Both the position numbers and the translations under genes were made by a program. DNA of 64,000 bases from a virus (Duplodnaviria; Caudoviricetes), in the IMG/VR virus record IMGVR_UViG_3300035520_000529, positions 44,210-108,209 of that record; one strand, written 5' to 3'. Of the stretch, positions 41,158-51,128 are shown piece after piece. The notes under the pieces were generated by a model that ran no database searches, was not told where the DNA came from, and was given only the letters and a program-made list of their open reading frames with translations. Positions within the stretch are counted from its first letter, which is position 1. Each line of letters starts with the position of its first letter.

Positions 41158-41712
41158 TTAGTATATTCTCACAATATAGTAAGTCTCAAAGTCATATTGG
41201 AGTACGTTTTCAATAAAGGCAAAAGTTGGAGCAGTAGTAGTATCTTCTGAACCTACTGTTAACTTACCATCGTTTGAAAGAGTTACTTGCTTGTTTATAC
41301 CTAAATCATCGGGATTTGTAAAGCATTCCGCTGAAAGACCAAAGCAAGATCTTTCTGTTAATGCGTAGGCTCTAACTACTAACCCAGCTTCGTTGTAGTA
41401 CTCGTCTAGTGCGTGATGTGTACACTCATCATAGATTAGTTCGGGAGTTGCTACGATTGCTAATGTTGACTTATCTGCGGAAGCGTTAGTATTTATTTGT
41501 GCAGAATATACTTCTAAGTTTGGTTCATTTAGTAAGGTTGTTAAAGTCTTAACTGCTCCTAAATCGATAATAGTACCATTATCACATTCGATAGGAGTAT
41601 CATTTTTGGTAACTAGTGCAGAATATACGTCTGTGGAATTTTCTGTACCACTAGCACGAGCGACATTAACAACGCCATGCTTTTTGGACTTATCGTATGC
41701 CATGTTAATCAT
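41158..41712 (-). CDS. Capsid decoration/structural protein
   Basis: DNG...YNEAGLVVRAYAL pattern; between protease and capsid. Confidence 0.55.
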   Translation of the reverse strand: MINMAYDKSKKHGVVNVARASGTENSTDVYSALVTKNDTPIECDNGTIIDLGAVKTLTTLLNEPNLEVYSAQINTNASADKSTLAIVATPELIYDECTHHALDEYYNEAGLVVRAYALTERSCFGLSAECFTNPDDLGINKQVTLSNDGKLTVGSEDTTTAPTFAFIENVLQYDFETYYIVRIY

Positions 41713-41721
41713 TTCCTTTCG

Positions 41722-42807
41722 TTATGCATTTAAATATTTCTTAATTAGTAAATCTTTTTCGGATTCTACTTTAGACACGTTATTTTGGTTTCCAAATGAA
41801 AAGTTTACAACGTTTGTAGTATCAGTGTGCTTAGTATTCTTAGTAGCAATTGCTTGTGCTTGTACATCCGCAAAGATACACTTGCACTTTACTTCTAAGT
41901 CTTCAACAGAATATGTATCCATAGAGTCTTTTACTTTAGTAAATTCGTCATTGTCTTCTAAGTATGCACTCCATTTAGAGATTACTTCTAAACATTCGTT
42001 ATGCTTTTGTTCTTGTAGAACATTAGCTTTAAATTGACTTAATTCCTCAATTTGCTTGGATAGATTCTCAATCTCTTGCTTTTGTAATTCATAAGACTTC
42101 TTTAAGGTTTCAAAATACTCTTTGTCTTCATCAGCTTCACTTTGAGAATTATTTTCCTCTTCAATGATAGAATCTAGTTCTTTACGCATTTCCTCAATAA
42201 CCTCAGAAACGTCTCTATCTAAACTAAAGTTAATTAGTTTAGCACAAGCACCCTCCATAGCAGGTTGAATATCGTTACTTAATAGAGTAACGCCCATATA
42301 TGTAAAGTCTGTAACATCAAGGATAGTTTGTTCATCACAAATAGTTTCTTGATAATCGTTTACAGCAATCTCCATAGATAGATTAATAGTTTCGTCACGT
42401 TCAATAATATCTTGTGCATAGTTAGAATATTCTTTCCAAACGTATCCGTCTACTAACACATGATTTCTACCATCAGTCTGTTCTACAGCATAGTTACACT
42501 CTTTAGGAACGAAACCTATTGGAACTTCCTTGTAAATCATTTTGGTTTGACTTTCGTCAAAAGCATTAGTTTCTAGAACCATATCGTGTCCCGAAAATTG
42601 ATACTCTCCATTTTCGTCTTGAACAACCCTAGCTAATATTGGAATTAATTGTATTGAATCCTTAGCTTTTTGGATAGTATCAATGGAAAAATTGATAGCA
42701 TTCTTATTAACACCATCATGACAAACATTTAGTCTAAGCTTTAGAAATTTGTCAGAATTAAAAGAATCGTCTAAAGAACAAGTTACTTTAATATTTTCTT
42801 TGCTCAT
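41722..42807 (-). CDS. Prohead protease with scaffold-like C-terminus
   Basis: CHDGVNKN, FSGHD, GYVWKEY, LSMEI, PAMEGA; coiled-coil tail. Confidence 0.75.
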   Translation of the reverse strand: MSKENIKVTCSLDDSFNSDKFLKLRLNVCHDGVNKNAINFSIDTIQKAKDSIQLIPILARVVQDENGEYQFSGHDMVLETNAFDESQTKMIYKEVPIGFVPKECNYAVEQTDGRNHVLVDGYVWKEYSNYAQDIIERDETINLSMEIAVNDYQETICDEQTILDVTDFTYMGVTLLSNDIQPAMEGACAKLINFSLDRDVSEVIEEMRKELDSIIEEENNSQSEADEDKEYFETLKKSYELQKQEIENLSKQIEELSQFKANVLQEQKHNECLEVISKWSAYLEDNDEFTKVKDSMDTYSVEDLEVKCKCIFADVQAQAIATKNTKHTDTTNVVNFSFGNQNNVSKVESEKDLLIKKYLNA

Positions 42808-42810
42808 AAT

Positions 42811-43056
42811 TTACTCACCTACCTTAAAAAATAGTTTATTGGTAAACGTTAGTTTACTCTTATCTAAACCCAACGGTCTATCTTGAAAAAGTTGGGTAGA
42901 TTCGACATTGTTTTTAAATATAAAATTGCCATTCAATGAATTTAGCATTGAATAGCCTAAGTCTAGTAATATATTTTTAGTCTCCTCATCATTGGTGACT
43001 ATGAACTTCTTCATATTAGACATCATTAACATCTCTTTCTTTTGTGGATTCGCCAC
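42811..43056 (-). CDS. Small hypothetical protein (true start probably internal)
   Basis: MKKFIVTND...FIFKN...FTNKLFF; between portal and protease. Confidence 0.5.
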   Translation of the reverse strand: MANPQKKEMLMMSNMKKFIVTNDEETKNILLDLGYSMLNSLNGNFIFKNNVESTQLFQDRPLGLDKSKLTFTNKLFFKVGE

Positions 43057-44572
43057 TATCAGTTAAATCGTTTCCAGACTCCTCACTAGTAGGTCTACCA
43101 TTGTTTTCAGAGGAATCCGCACTACTTGTAGTGTATGACGATTGCAAAGGCTTAAACTCATCAACAAGATTAAGAAAATCGTTCTCAGTAAAGCACATAC
43201 CCTCTAAAATGGATTGGTCGAAACCTAGGCTGGAAACTATAGCACTCTTAGTTGGAATGCCATATTGAGCATCTTTTAGGTATAAATCGTGCATATCTTT
43301 TTGATGGTAGTATGAAACGTCTAAAATATTTATTTGGAATTTAATAGTACCACTTAAACCTTTTAGAAGTCTATTAACCACTCTCTCAATCTGCCTATTT
43401 AATGAAAATGCTAAAGCTTCATCTGCCATTAAACTAATTTTCAAAGAAGTTGAACTTTGACTATCTCCACCAAATAATAGACTGCTTACACCTACATCAT
43501 TAAAATAATCCGCAACAGCTTCACTTACAGAGTTTGAGGAGTTGTCTCGCTCAAAAGTAATCTCTTGTAAGTCAGTAGGAGTCATATACAAGCCTACATT
43601 TTCGGGGAGTATGTTTAGTATCATTTCATAAAAGTTATCCATTTCATTGTGAGACATTAAAGGTTGTCCATCGCTACCAATAGGAACTTTTAAACCTAAC
43701 GCTTTATAGTTTTCAATCTCTGATGATGACAACTTAATGTCTTTATAGTCCTCAATATCATATAAGGCAGGTAAACATCCTAAAAATGGTATTACTGGTT
43801 TTAAACTATCCTCATTAACTTTTATGCAAAATTCGTTCTTATGGTCTAATTCTTGCCAACGATAATTATTCCTATCCTTTGCATAGTTTTGATACTTTAA
43901 AACAAATTCTTCTCCATATTGCTTTAATTCTCTCTCTAAATCGTTTCCGAACCTATCGAAATAGCTAAAATCGAACGAATATACATAACAACCATCACAG
44001 ATACCGCTGATGGCACAATAGTCTGGATTTAACGTCCTTATGTACACAGAATCTTTGTTTTTGTATATGTATCCATAAAAAACATCTTCTCTCCATGCTA
44101 TGATTTTAGCCTTTATCATTTCATGTTTTAAATTGAGAATTTCCAAAAAGTCACACGCTCTTTTATAGCACGTTTTGAAAGTCTTACCATTATCCTTTTG
44201 GTATTTTTCTTTATCGAATTTAAAAGGGCGAATGGTGTAATTTAGCGGTGTCATATTAGCAAAATATTGTATGGTTCTCTTATACTGCGGTGATACGTTG
44301 TACAAGTGCCTAGATAGGTCTCTTAAAACCTTTTCATTAGCTTCTGGATTGCTCATGAGGTTCAAGAGTTCGTCTTTACTTATGCCAAAATGATGATGCT
44401 TCATCTCGGAAACCTTACCATCTTTTAGACAATAACCATGGTATCCGTATATTCTTGCACGATTATCAGTAGGCTTTCTAGGATTTTTTAAATCCACCAA
44501 AGGAACTTCTAAAGAACTAAAATAGTTTTTCCAACTAACCTTATTTGAATCTTTATCGGCATTGTTTTCCAA
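43016..44572 (-). CDS. Portal protein
   Basis: 518 aa directly after the large terminase; acidic tail with GRP motif. Confidence 0.8.
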   Translation of the reverse strand: MENNADKDSNKVSWKNYFSSLEVPLVDLKNPRKPTDNRARIYGYHGYCLKDGKVSEMKHHHFGISKDELLNLMSNPEANEKVLRDLSRHLYNVSPQYKRTIQYFANMTPLNYTIRPFKFDKEKYQKDNGKTFKTCYKRACDFLEILNLKHEMIKAKIIAWREDVFYGYIYKNKDSVYIRTLNPDYCAISGICDGCYVYSFDFSYFDRFGNDLERELKQYGEEFVLKYQNYAKDRNNYRWQELDHKNEFCIKVNEDSLKPVIPFLGCLPALYDIEDYKDIKLSSSEIENYKALGLKVPIGSDGQPLMSHNEMDNFYEMILNILPENVGLYMTPTDLQEITFERDNSSNSVSEAVADYFNDVGVSSLLFGGDSQSSTSLKISLMADEALAFSLNRQIERVVNRLLKGLSGTIKFQINILDVSYYHQKDMHDLYLKDAQYGIPTKSAIVSSLGFDQSILEGMCFTENDFLNLVDEFKPLQSSYTTSSADSSENNGRPTSEESGNDLTDSGESTKERDVNDV

Positions 44573-44580
44573 AAAATCAC

Positions 44581-46368
44581 CTACTTTCTTTTTAGCATTT
44601 TAGGAGGTCGCATTTTGTATTTAAAGTTAGACAATGTATCATTAGGTTTTTTGAGTTTCAATTCTAACTCATTAGCAATTTGGTTTCCATAAGACAACGC
44701 AGAATAGCGGTCTTTACGTCTATCCGATTGCTCTTTTATTTTAATATCATTGCCTTGTGCAATGTATTCTAGGTTTACTAATTCGTTGATTAGTAATGAA
44801 GTTTGAATATATGGCAACTTAACTTCTAAGCGTTGCTCAGAAGACAAGTCTTTGTAATACTTATTAGTACTCATTCGGTTTTCAAATTCCGCTTCGCTTT
44901 CAAGGAGTCGCATTTTACCTCTACTTAGGCAATCTCTCAAAGAGTACGCACACGCACTATTAAACGAAGCACTTGCTTTAATGCTATATATTACTTTCCT
45001 TGGAAATGAATCTTTTCCCTTATAACGTTCTGCCATTTCTTTGCTATTACAACATTGCAACGCTGGAAATATTTTTCCAGTTCCATCATCGACTAAATCG
45101 TCCACAAGGTTGTCAAATACAGTCATGCCTACTCCGTTGGTGTCAAGAACGATGTAATCACACTCTAAATCATCGAAAATGTTCCTAATTTGTAAAGCTT
45201 GTGACTTACCATGTCCACCCTCAAATACTTCTAAATACACAACATTTCGGATATATTGCCCATTATCCGTGGGGAGAAGCTGTAACACAAATATCGCAGT
45301 TGCATCGTTTTTATTCTTTTTAGAACTCATTACAGCAATATCCACACAGACTAAACGCAATTCGCCTTTAATCTTATGTGTGTATTTTATGACTTTATCA
45401 CTAACGCTTGAATACACATTGTTTACATACAATGGCAATTGCAATCTCCTAGATTTGATTAAATCGTCATATTTGAAGAATGCGTTTTCACTTTCGCCGA
45501 AGAACAAGCAACCCATCTCCATCATGAAAGAAACTTCATTAAAAGTGCTTTCTGACATCTCATCCTCAACTCTTTGTCTTGAAAGCAAACCCTCCTTAAT
45601 AGCCAATTGATATGGAAACCCACAAACAAAATAGCTACGTTTATCGTCAATCATATTAACACAATAATCTTTAACGTGTTGCCATGACCAGTGGTTTTTT
45701 AGCCAACATGACGATAAATAGACTGTTTGCTCACGTTCCTCAAGATTTGCATACTCTGGTTTGTCTTTGTAGTTTGGTCTTCTTTGAATTAAAAATTTTC
45801 TAATGACAGTATCTACTACACTTTTGTCTATTTGTCGATATTCGTCTATTATTAATACTGTGGCACGATTACCTCTTGCATTATCATTGGCAGTAGCTAC
45901 CTTTATATATGAGCCATTCTTAAAGACTATTTGTGCTTTTTGACCAGTGATTACAGTTAGCTTTTGAATGATTTCATTCGCTAACAACGCAGAATTGGGA
46001 ATTAACTCTTTCTCAATCTTTTCTAAGACTTGATTTGCTTGTCCCCTAGTTTTAGAAACTACCACTATTTTACTTTCGGGATAGAGTATGGCTTTTGCAA
46101 CCGCAAATACTGCTGACATAAACGTCTTACCAATTCCCCTCGAAGCTAAATTGGTAAAGTTAGCATTGTTAAACATCATCACAAGGAGAATTTGTTGAAA
46201 CTTTTTTAGGTGTAGATTAAGGTAATCTTTTGCGAACCTATGTGGATTTGCTCTGTAATATCCGCACCAAACGTCCACTCCTTTGAGGATTCTTTCAGCT
46301 TTGCTATTAGGATTTTCAAAAATTTTTTCCATGTTCATATCCTCAAATTTGACCAAACACATCTTCAA
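44581..46368 (-). CDS. Terminase large subunit
   Basis: Walker A ASRGIGKT, Walker B LIIDE, nuclease VDIA...ND, LDTNGVG, KDRYSA. Confidence 0.92.
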   Translation of the reverse strand: MKMCLVKFEDMNMEKIFENPNSKAERILKGVDVWCGYYRANPHRFAKDYLNLHLKKFQQILLVMMFNNANFTNLASRGIGKTFMSAVFAVAKAILYPESKIVVVSKTRGQANQVLEKIEKELIPNSALLANEIIQKLTVITGQKAQIVFKNGSYIKVATANDNARGNRATVLIIDEYRQIDKSVVDTVIRKFLIQRRPNYKDKPEYANLEEREQTVYLSSCWLKNHWSWQHVKDYCVNMIDDKRSYFVCGFPYQLAIKEGLLSRQRVEDEMSESTFNEVSFMMEMGCLFFGESENAFFKYDDLIKSRRLQLPLYVNNVYSSVSDKVIKYTHKIKGELRLVCVDIAVMSSKKNKNDATAIFVLQLLPTDNGQYIRNVVYLEVFEGGHGKSQALQIRNIFDDLECDYIVLDTNGVGMTVFDNLVDDLVDDGTGKIFPALQCCNSKEMAERYKGKDSFPRKVIYSIKASASFNSACAYSLRDCLSRGKMRLLESEAEFENRMSTNKYYKDLSSEQRLEVKLPYIQTSLLINELVNLEYIAQGNDIKIKEQSDRRKDRYSALSYGNQIANELELKLKKPNDTLSNFKYKMRPPKMLKRK

Positions 46369-47353
46369 AGTTTGGTGGTTCTACATCATCGTCATAGGTT
46401 GGAGGGTTTACAGTATACTTTTCCATTTCATTAAGATACTGTTGCGAATACTCATTTTTAATACCAATCATCTCACATAAATGTCCCAAAAAGAACACTT
46501 CAATATACTTTTTAATTCCATCTATATCTTGCCACTCATTAGAGGGTTGTGAAATTGGTCTCTCATTTTCCACCTTTTTTATGAACGTTCCAAAAGTATT
46601 ACTGTCTGCTAAAATAGCATCATTCTGTTGGTTTGGCTTGATGTTTGCAGACGTTAGATAGTCATTATATTGCTTTAACAAATCTGCGTACTTTTCACCG
46701 CTCTGCATATTTTTCAATATTTGCAAGTCCATTAACGATAGCTTTTTAAAGATTTCTTCTTGTGCCATAGTTTTGCATTCATGACGATTTATCCATGAGT
46801 TGTATTTTTCATTTAAGAATATGTAATCGGTTTCTTCAAAACCAAATCCCCACTTTTTTACATCGTCTTGCGTAGTGGTAACTTTTTCATTTAGAACGTC
46901 ATTAATAGAAGTTATCTTCGATTCTTCGACTTTTTCTTCTTCAATAGTATCTAGATAAGATTTATTAGAATGCTCTCCTACACTCACTTTATTAATGTAC
47001 TGAGTAACCCTATTTTGAGGTTTCGAACTCTTTAAAACTTGCTCTACTACTTCTTTATTATAGTAAATATCGAATGCCATACAAACATATCTATACGATG
47101 TAAATTCATCGTAGATACGTGCGTACTCAAGATATTGCCAGTTAATACAATCGTTACATATTGGCAAATAATTACCATTTCCAACATAATATTTACTGCA
47201 TGATATTGGAAAATATTTTGCTTGTTCTTCATACACTTTTCCGCACTTGCAACATCTATGGTTAATGTCTAAAGAGAACGTTTTATCCACTTTATTTTCC
47301 AATATTTTTTTAGATTGTGAACCGTTTTTTCGACCTAAATTTTGTTTAGCCAT
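46343..47353 (-). CDS. Putative terminase small subunit (Zn-finger N-terminus)
   Basis: CCKCG...LPICNDC; overlaps the start of the large terminase. Confidence 0.6.
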   Translation of the reverse strand: MAKQNLGRKNGSQSKKILENKVDKTFSLDINHRCCKCGKVYEEQAKYFPISCSKYYVGNGNYLPICNDCINWQYLEYARIYDEFTSYRYVCMAFDIYYNKEVVEQVLKSSKPQNRVTQYINKVSVGEHSNKSYLDTIEEEKVEESKITSINDVLNEKVTTTQDDVKKWGFGFEETDYIFLNEKYNSWINRHECKTMAQEEIFKKLSLMDLQILKNMQSGEKYADLLKQYNDYLTSANIKPNQQNDAILADSNTFGTFIKKVENERPISQPSNEWQDIDGIKKYIEVFFLGHLCEMIGIKNEYSQQYLNEMEKYTVNPPTYDDDVEPPNFEDVFGQI

Positions 47354-47359
47354 TAAAAC

Positions 47360-47550
47360 CCGTTACTGAAAACTTATAAAAAGTTATAACAACTCTTGAT
47401 TAAGTTACAAAATTTATAACTTTTAGGTTTCATTCCTTATTCAACGTGTCCGCTTTGAGTTTTGTTTCCAAAACCTACTCACACTTGTGTGACACTCCAA
47501 AGGCTTAAATTCCCGACTAACGTATCGGTACATTCGTGTAACACTTGTGT
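47360..47550 (-). ncRNA. TnpB omegaRNA scaffold
   Basis: Conserved blocks shared with 27280-27360. Confidence 0.75.
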
Positions 47551-47553
47551 TAG

Positions 47554-48720
47554 CTATGCTACACGATAGTCTGTACAGTTTTTCAAATTCACACTAGCTT
47601 GGAAGTCTCTATCTATGGTGTTTCCACAGACTTCACAATGATAAATTCTATCTTTAAGCTTTAGGTCTTTCTTGATGTTTCCACAACAAGAACATATTTT
47701 ACTTGATGGATAGAACCTATCAGCAACCCTTAATTCTATGTGCTTCTCTTGGCACTTATACTCTAACTGTCTATGGAACTCATAGAAGCATTGTTCTTGG
47801 ACTGCCTTAGCTAGGTGCTTATTCTTCAGCATACCCTTAACGTTCAAATCTTCCAACACTATGAACTTTGGTTCTCGGTTCACAATCTCGGTAGTGGTTT
47901 GATTCAAGTAGTTATGTCGAATGTTCGTTAATCGGTGACTTAATTTTAAAAGTTGTCTTTGACTTTTTACAACGTTACGTGTTTTACAGTAACGTTCTCC
48001 TTTCTTATTCATTAGGTATTTTCTAGATGCCTTGCGTTGTAACCTACGCTTTTTCTTGTTTAACTTACGTACTTTCATACTTTTGTTGATGTTCTTATAA
48101 GTGTTAGCGTCTGAGCAGATAGCCAAATCTTTGACACCTAGGTCTATGCCGATTCCATCATTTTTTGGTGTAACGTAACGCTCATCACACTCAATGCCTA
48201 CAGATAACCACCAGTTAAGACCGTCGAAAGTAACTCTAGGATTAGAGTACTTTGCATTTTCGGGGATTCTGTTAGGCTCTGCGAGTCGAACCCAGTTGAA
48301 AAGTTGCTTGTTAACTTTTCTACTAGTGGTCAACTTTTCGAGTTTGACTTTACCATCTTTAAATTTAATCTTAGCGGTATCTACATAGAAACTAGGCTTT
48401 GAATGGTGTCTGCTCTTAAACTTTGGATGCTTAGCTAAACCTTTAAAGAACTTCTCAAACGCTCCACAACAGTCAATGATAGCCTGTTTAGTAACGTTGT
48501 TGCTGTAGTCATTAATCCATTGATACTCATCTTGAGTTTTGAGTTGTGTGAAAAGTTTTCTTAAATAATAATGACTGATAAACTTTCCACCGTTCTTGTA
48601 ATTTTTATTTTGGTAATCTAATGCCCAATTGTACGCAAATCTCGCAACACTTGCACTTTGAAAGAGTTTAGTCTGTTGCTTATTATTAGGACAAAGTTGA
48701 ACTTTAATAGTCTTAATCAT
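47554..48720 (-). CDS. tnpB: TnpB RNA-guided nuclease (IS607 type)
   Basis: GIDLG, VLEDL, DRDFQAS, Zn finger. Confidence 0.95.
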   Translation of the reverse strand: MIKTIKVQLCPNNKQQTKLFQSASVARFAYNWALDYQNKNYKNGGKFISHYYLRKLFTQLKTQDEYQWINDYSNNVTKQAIIDCCGAFEKFFKGLAKHPKFKSRHHSKPSFYVDTAKIKFKDGKVKLEKLTTSRKVNKQLFNWVRLAEPNRIPENAKYSNPRVTFDGLNWWLSVGIECDERYVTPKNDGIGIDLGVKDLAICSDANTYKNINKSMKVRKLNKKKRRLQRKASRKYLMNKKGERYCKTRNVVKSQRQLLKLSHRLTNIRHNYLNQTTTEIVNREPKFIVLEDLNVKGMLKNKHLAKAVQEQCFYEFHRQLEYKCQEKHIELRVADRFYPSSKICSCCGNIKKDLKLKDRIYHCEVCGNTIDRDFQASVNLKNCTDYRVA

Positions 48721-49318
48721 CTTCCGTTAACTCCTTTATCATCTTCTTAGCTTTATTTGCTCGTTTACCTTGCAATTTACAGCTAAAAACGGTCACAATT
48801 TGAATTAAGTCCTCAACTAGTTCTTCTTGTTCGGTTTTTTCGGTATTATCTATCACTTCGATTTCACAGTCATACAGTTCTGCAATATATTCAATTAATT
48901 CAAATCCAAAACGTGTAAGTCTATCCTTGTACAGAACAACAACCTTTGATATACTGTGGTTTATTATACATTTTATTAAATCTTGTAATCCTTTTCTTTT
49001 GTAGTTAATACCTGAACCTATATCGAATATTATTTCAAATGGTTTACCCTGTGCAATAAGATAGGTTTGCATATTTTCTATTTGTCTTTGCAAATCATCT
49101 TTTTGTTTAATAGAACTAACTCTACAATAACCTACAGTCTTTTCAACTTTTTTGACTGGTTTGTTTAACAATTGGTTTAAATCATCTTCGGAGTAGTAAC
49201 GATAACCATTAGGACTTTTATGATGTGGTTTTAATTTCCCACTTCTATCCCAATTTCTCAACGTTTGTGCAGATACTCCTAATATTTTCGTCATTTCATG
49301 TATAGTGTAATATTTCAC
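48713..49318 (-). CDS. tnpA: IS607 serine recombinase
   Basis: HTH plus GYCRVSS, DIGSG, DRLTRFG. Confidence 0.95.
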   Translation of the reverse strand: MKYYTIHEMTKILGVSAQTLRNWDRSGKLKPHHKSPNGYRYYSEDDLNQLLNKPVKKVEKTVGYCRVSSIKQKDDLQRQIENMQTYLIAQGKPFEIIFDIGSGINYKRKGLQDLIKCIINHSISKVVVLYKDRLTRFGFELIEYIAELYDCEIEVIDNTEKTEQEELVEDLIQIVTVFSCKLQGKRANKAKKMIKELTEDD

Positions 49319-49490
49319 TCAAATCACCTCTATACATAGAATAACATAATTATTTATAAAAGTCAATATACATTTATAAGTTTTTATAAGTTTTCTCTAA
49401 CTGTTAAAAGCCTCCTATCCTTAGTTACATCCACCTTGGACTTTTGCAAGTATATAGTATTAGCTCAGCGACATACTCTCTTCGCCTACA

Positions 49491-49922
49491 TTACGTTAGG
49501 GATAAAAAATTGTTAATATTAGTTAAATATATTCTAATAAGTTCTTTTTTCGCTTCAACCATATTTTCATATTCTCTTACCATCGGAATAGTAAATTTAT
49601 ACTCGTTAGAAAAATATTTGATATATTCATTAATGTTGAAATGCGGAATATCACTTAAAAGAGTTGAATTATAAATACCTTTTATATCATCAGATATAAG
49701 ATTTAAAACAGTTTTCACTGTATTAATATCTAATTCATCATCAAATGATTTTAATTTACTATTAAAAATTTTTCCCTCAACATAAACAAATTCAGTAAAG
49801 TTATCGTCTATGCAGTGTATAAGAATACCTAAATTTATCCTTTCACCTGCTATAATTGAGGGAGAGCATTGCAATATAGAATATTCAAATTTTTTCGTAA
49901 AAATCCCCTCCCTATAGTCCAA
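49491..49922 (-). CDS. DUF3037-like protein
   Basis: YSILQC.P....ERINLGIL N-terminal motif. Confidence 0.6.
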   Translation of the reverse strand: MDYREGIFTKKFEYSILQCSPSIIAGERINLGILIHCIDDNFTEFVYVEGKIFNSKLKSFDDELDINTVKTVLNLISDDIKGIYNSTLLSDIPHFNINEYIKYFSNEYKFTIPMVREYENMVEAKKELIRIYLTNINNFLSLT

Positions 49923-50913
49923 ATTTATCTTTGTTACTAGAAATAGCTTTTTTATCCGCTTTTATGTAGAATTTATTAGTAACATCCGTAGATTTGTGGT
50001 TTAATAGGATAGAAATATCTTCGAGAGCCATTCCTCTATTTTTTAAGAGAGTTGCACCAGTATGCCTAAAATCGTGTGGATGTAGTTCTGGAATATCTAT
50101 TAATTTTCCGATACGTTTACACCATCTCCAAAGGGTGGTAGAATCCACTTTGTGGTATATATTATCATCCTTAGAATTGGAATTTTTGGTAATGAAAAGA
50201 TACCCATTATCGTCAATATCGTTATCGTAACGATATTGTTGCAACCTCAAAAGAACCTCCTTAACCTCTTGCGAAAAGTACAGTGTTACGAGGTATCCCT
50301 CTTTTTCAATAACGTTGTTAATGGTTCTAGTTTCGTAATCTATCATTTTCCATTCAATGTTGCTAATTGCACTAACCCTCGCCATCGTGGATAGCGACAA
50401 CAACGCATAGCACTGATACTGCAACGCTAAATGAGTTTTATCTTTAAACGAGTACTCTCTAATCAAGTCTATTAATTGCTCTTTTAAAAGACTAATCTGC
50501 TCATCGGTTAGAAAAGTTTGCGTAGCTACGTCAGTATCTTTTTTAGGGCGGTCTATAAATTCCATGGGATTTTCGGGTATAATTTTCTTTTTCCTTAGAA
50601 ACTTATAGAATGCTCCTATGCTAGACATTCTGCGTTTCATCCTGCGAGAATTATTTCCATTGGACTTACAATAGTATAAAAATTCCACTATGTCATCGGA
50701 ATCAAGTTCGGTAATACATACGTTTCCTTGATTTTCTAATATGTAAATCCACCACGCTGATAAATCATAGTAATATTGATTTATAGTTTGTTCAGATAGT
50801 TCTCGCAAGGACATATCTATTTGGTATTTATTCCATAATTTTAGAGTAGTAGGGTTGATTTTTTCTAATTTATCAGAATTAAAAAGTTTAACACGTTTGT
50901 GTTTATTAGACAT
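49912..50913 (-). CDS. Tyrosine recombinase (Xer/integrase family)
   Basis: R (TMARVSA), HPHDFRH, LLNHKS..VT..FY. Confidence 0.9.
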   Translation of the reverse strand: MSNKHKRVKLFNSDKLEKINPTTLKLWNKYQIDMSLRELSEQTINQYYYDLSAWWIYILENQGNVCITELDSDDIVEFLYYCKSNGNNSRRMKRRMSSIGAFYKFLRKKKIIPENPMEFIDRPKKDTDVATQTFLTDEQISLLKEQLIDLIREYSFKDKTHLALQYQCYALLSLSTMARVSAISNIEWKMIDYETRTINNVIEKEGYLVTLYFSQEVKEVLLRLQQYRYDNDIDDNGYLFITKNSNSKDDNIYHKVDSTTLWRWCKRIGKLIDIPELHPHDFRHTGATLLKNRGMALEDISILLNHKSTDVTNKFYIKADKKAISSNKDKFGL

Positions 50914-50945
50914 CTTAAATCAATCCTTTCTAATATTTTTTGATA

Positions 50946-51016
50946 TTGCGGTGACTGGACTCGAACCAGTGTTTATAGCGTATGAGACTACTGAGATTCC
51001 ACTTCTCTACACCGCT
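50946..51016 (-). tRNA. tRNA with CAT anticodon (fMet-like; Met/Ile2 not excluded)
   Basis: Cloverleaf: GCGGTG/CACCGC acceptor, GAGA/TCTC D stem, CTCATAC anticodon loop, ACTGG-TTCGAGT-CCAGT T arm; no encoded CCA. Confidence 0.85.
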
Positions 51017-51128
51017 AAATATACGTACCCATGTGGGTTAGCGTAGAGTTTTACCACGTTCAACGCTATTGGTGAAAGTAAAGGAGGTGTTATGAATGAA
51101 TATATTATCATGTAAAATTTAGTAATTT

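Larger units (their letters stand above)
47360..49410 (-). mobile_element. Stand-alone IS607 element (tnpA-tnpB-omegaRNA), no intron core
   Basis: GG core at both ends (AGGAGG|CTTTT... and ...GTAACGG|GTTTTA), AAAACTTATA repeats near both ends, no group I motifs. Confidence 0.82.

Noticed and set aside
6236-48388. Numerous short + strand ORFs antisense to structural genes
   Set aside because: Shadow frames of repetitive or biased coding sequence, no RBS or recognisable motifs
47360-49410. Fourth IStron
   Set aside because: Only about 90 bp between left end and tnpA, and no R/S group I motifs
50946-51016. tRNA as attachment site for the adjacent tyrosine recombinase
   Set aside because: No duplicated tRNA 3' fragment or host-phage boundary in the window; phage genes continue on both sides
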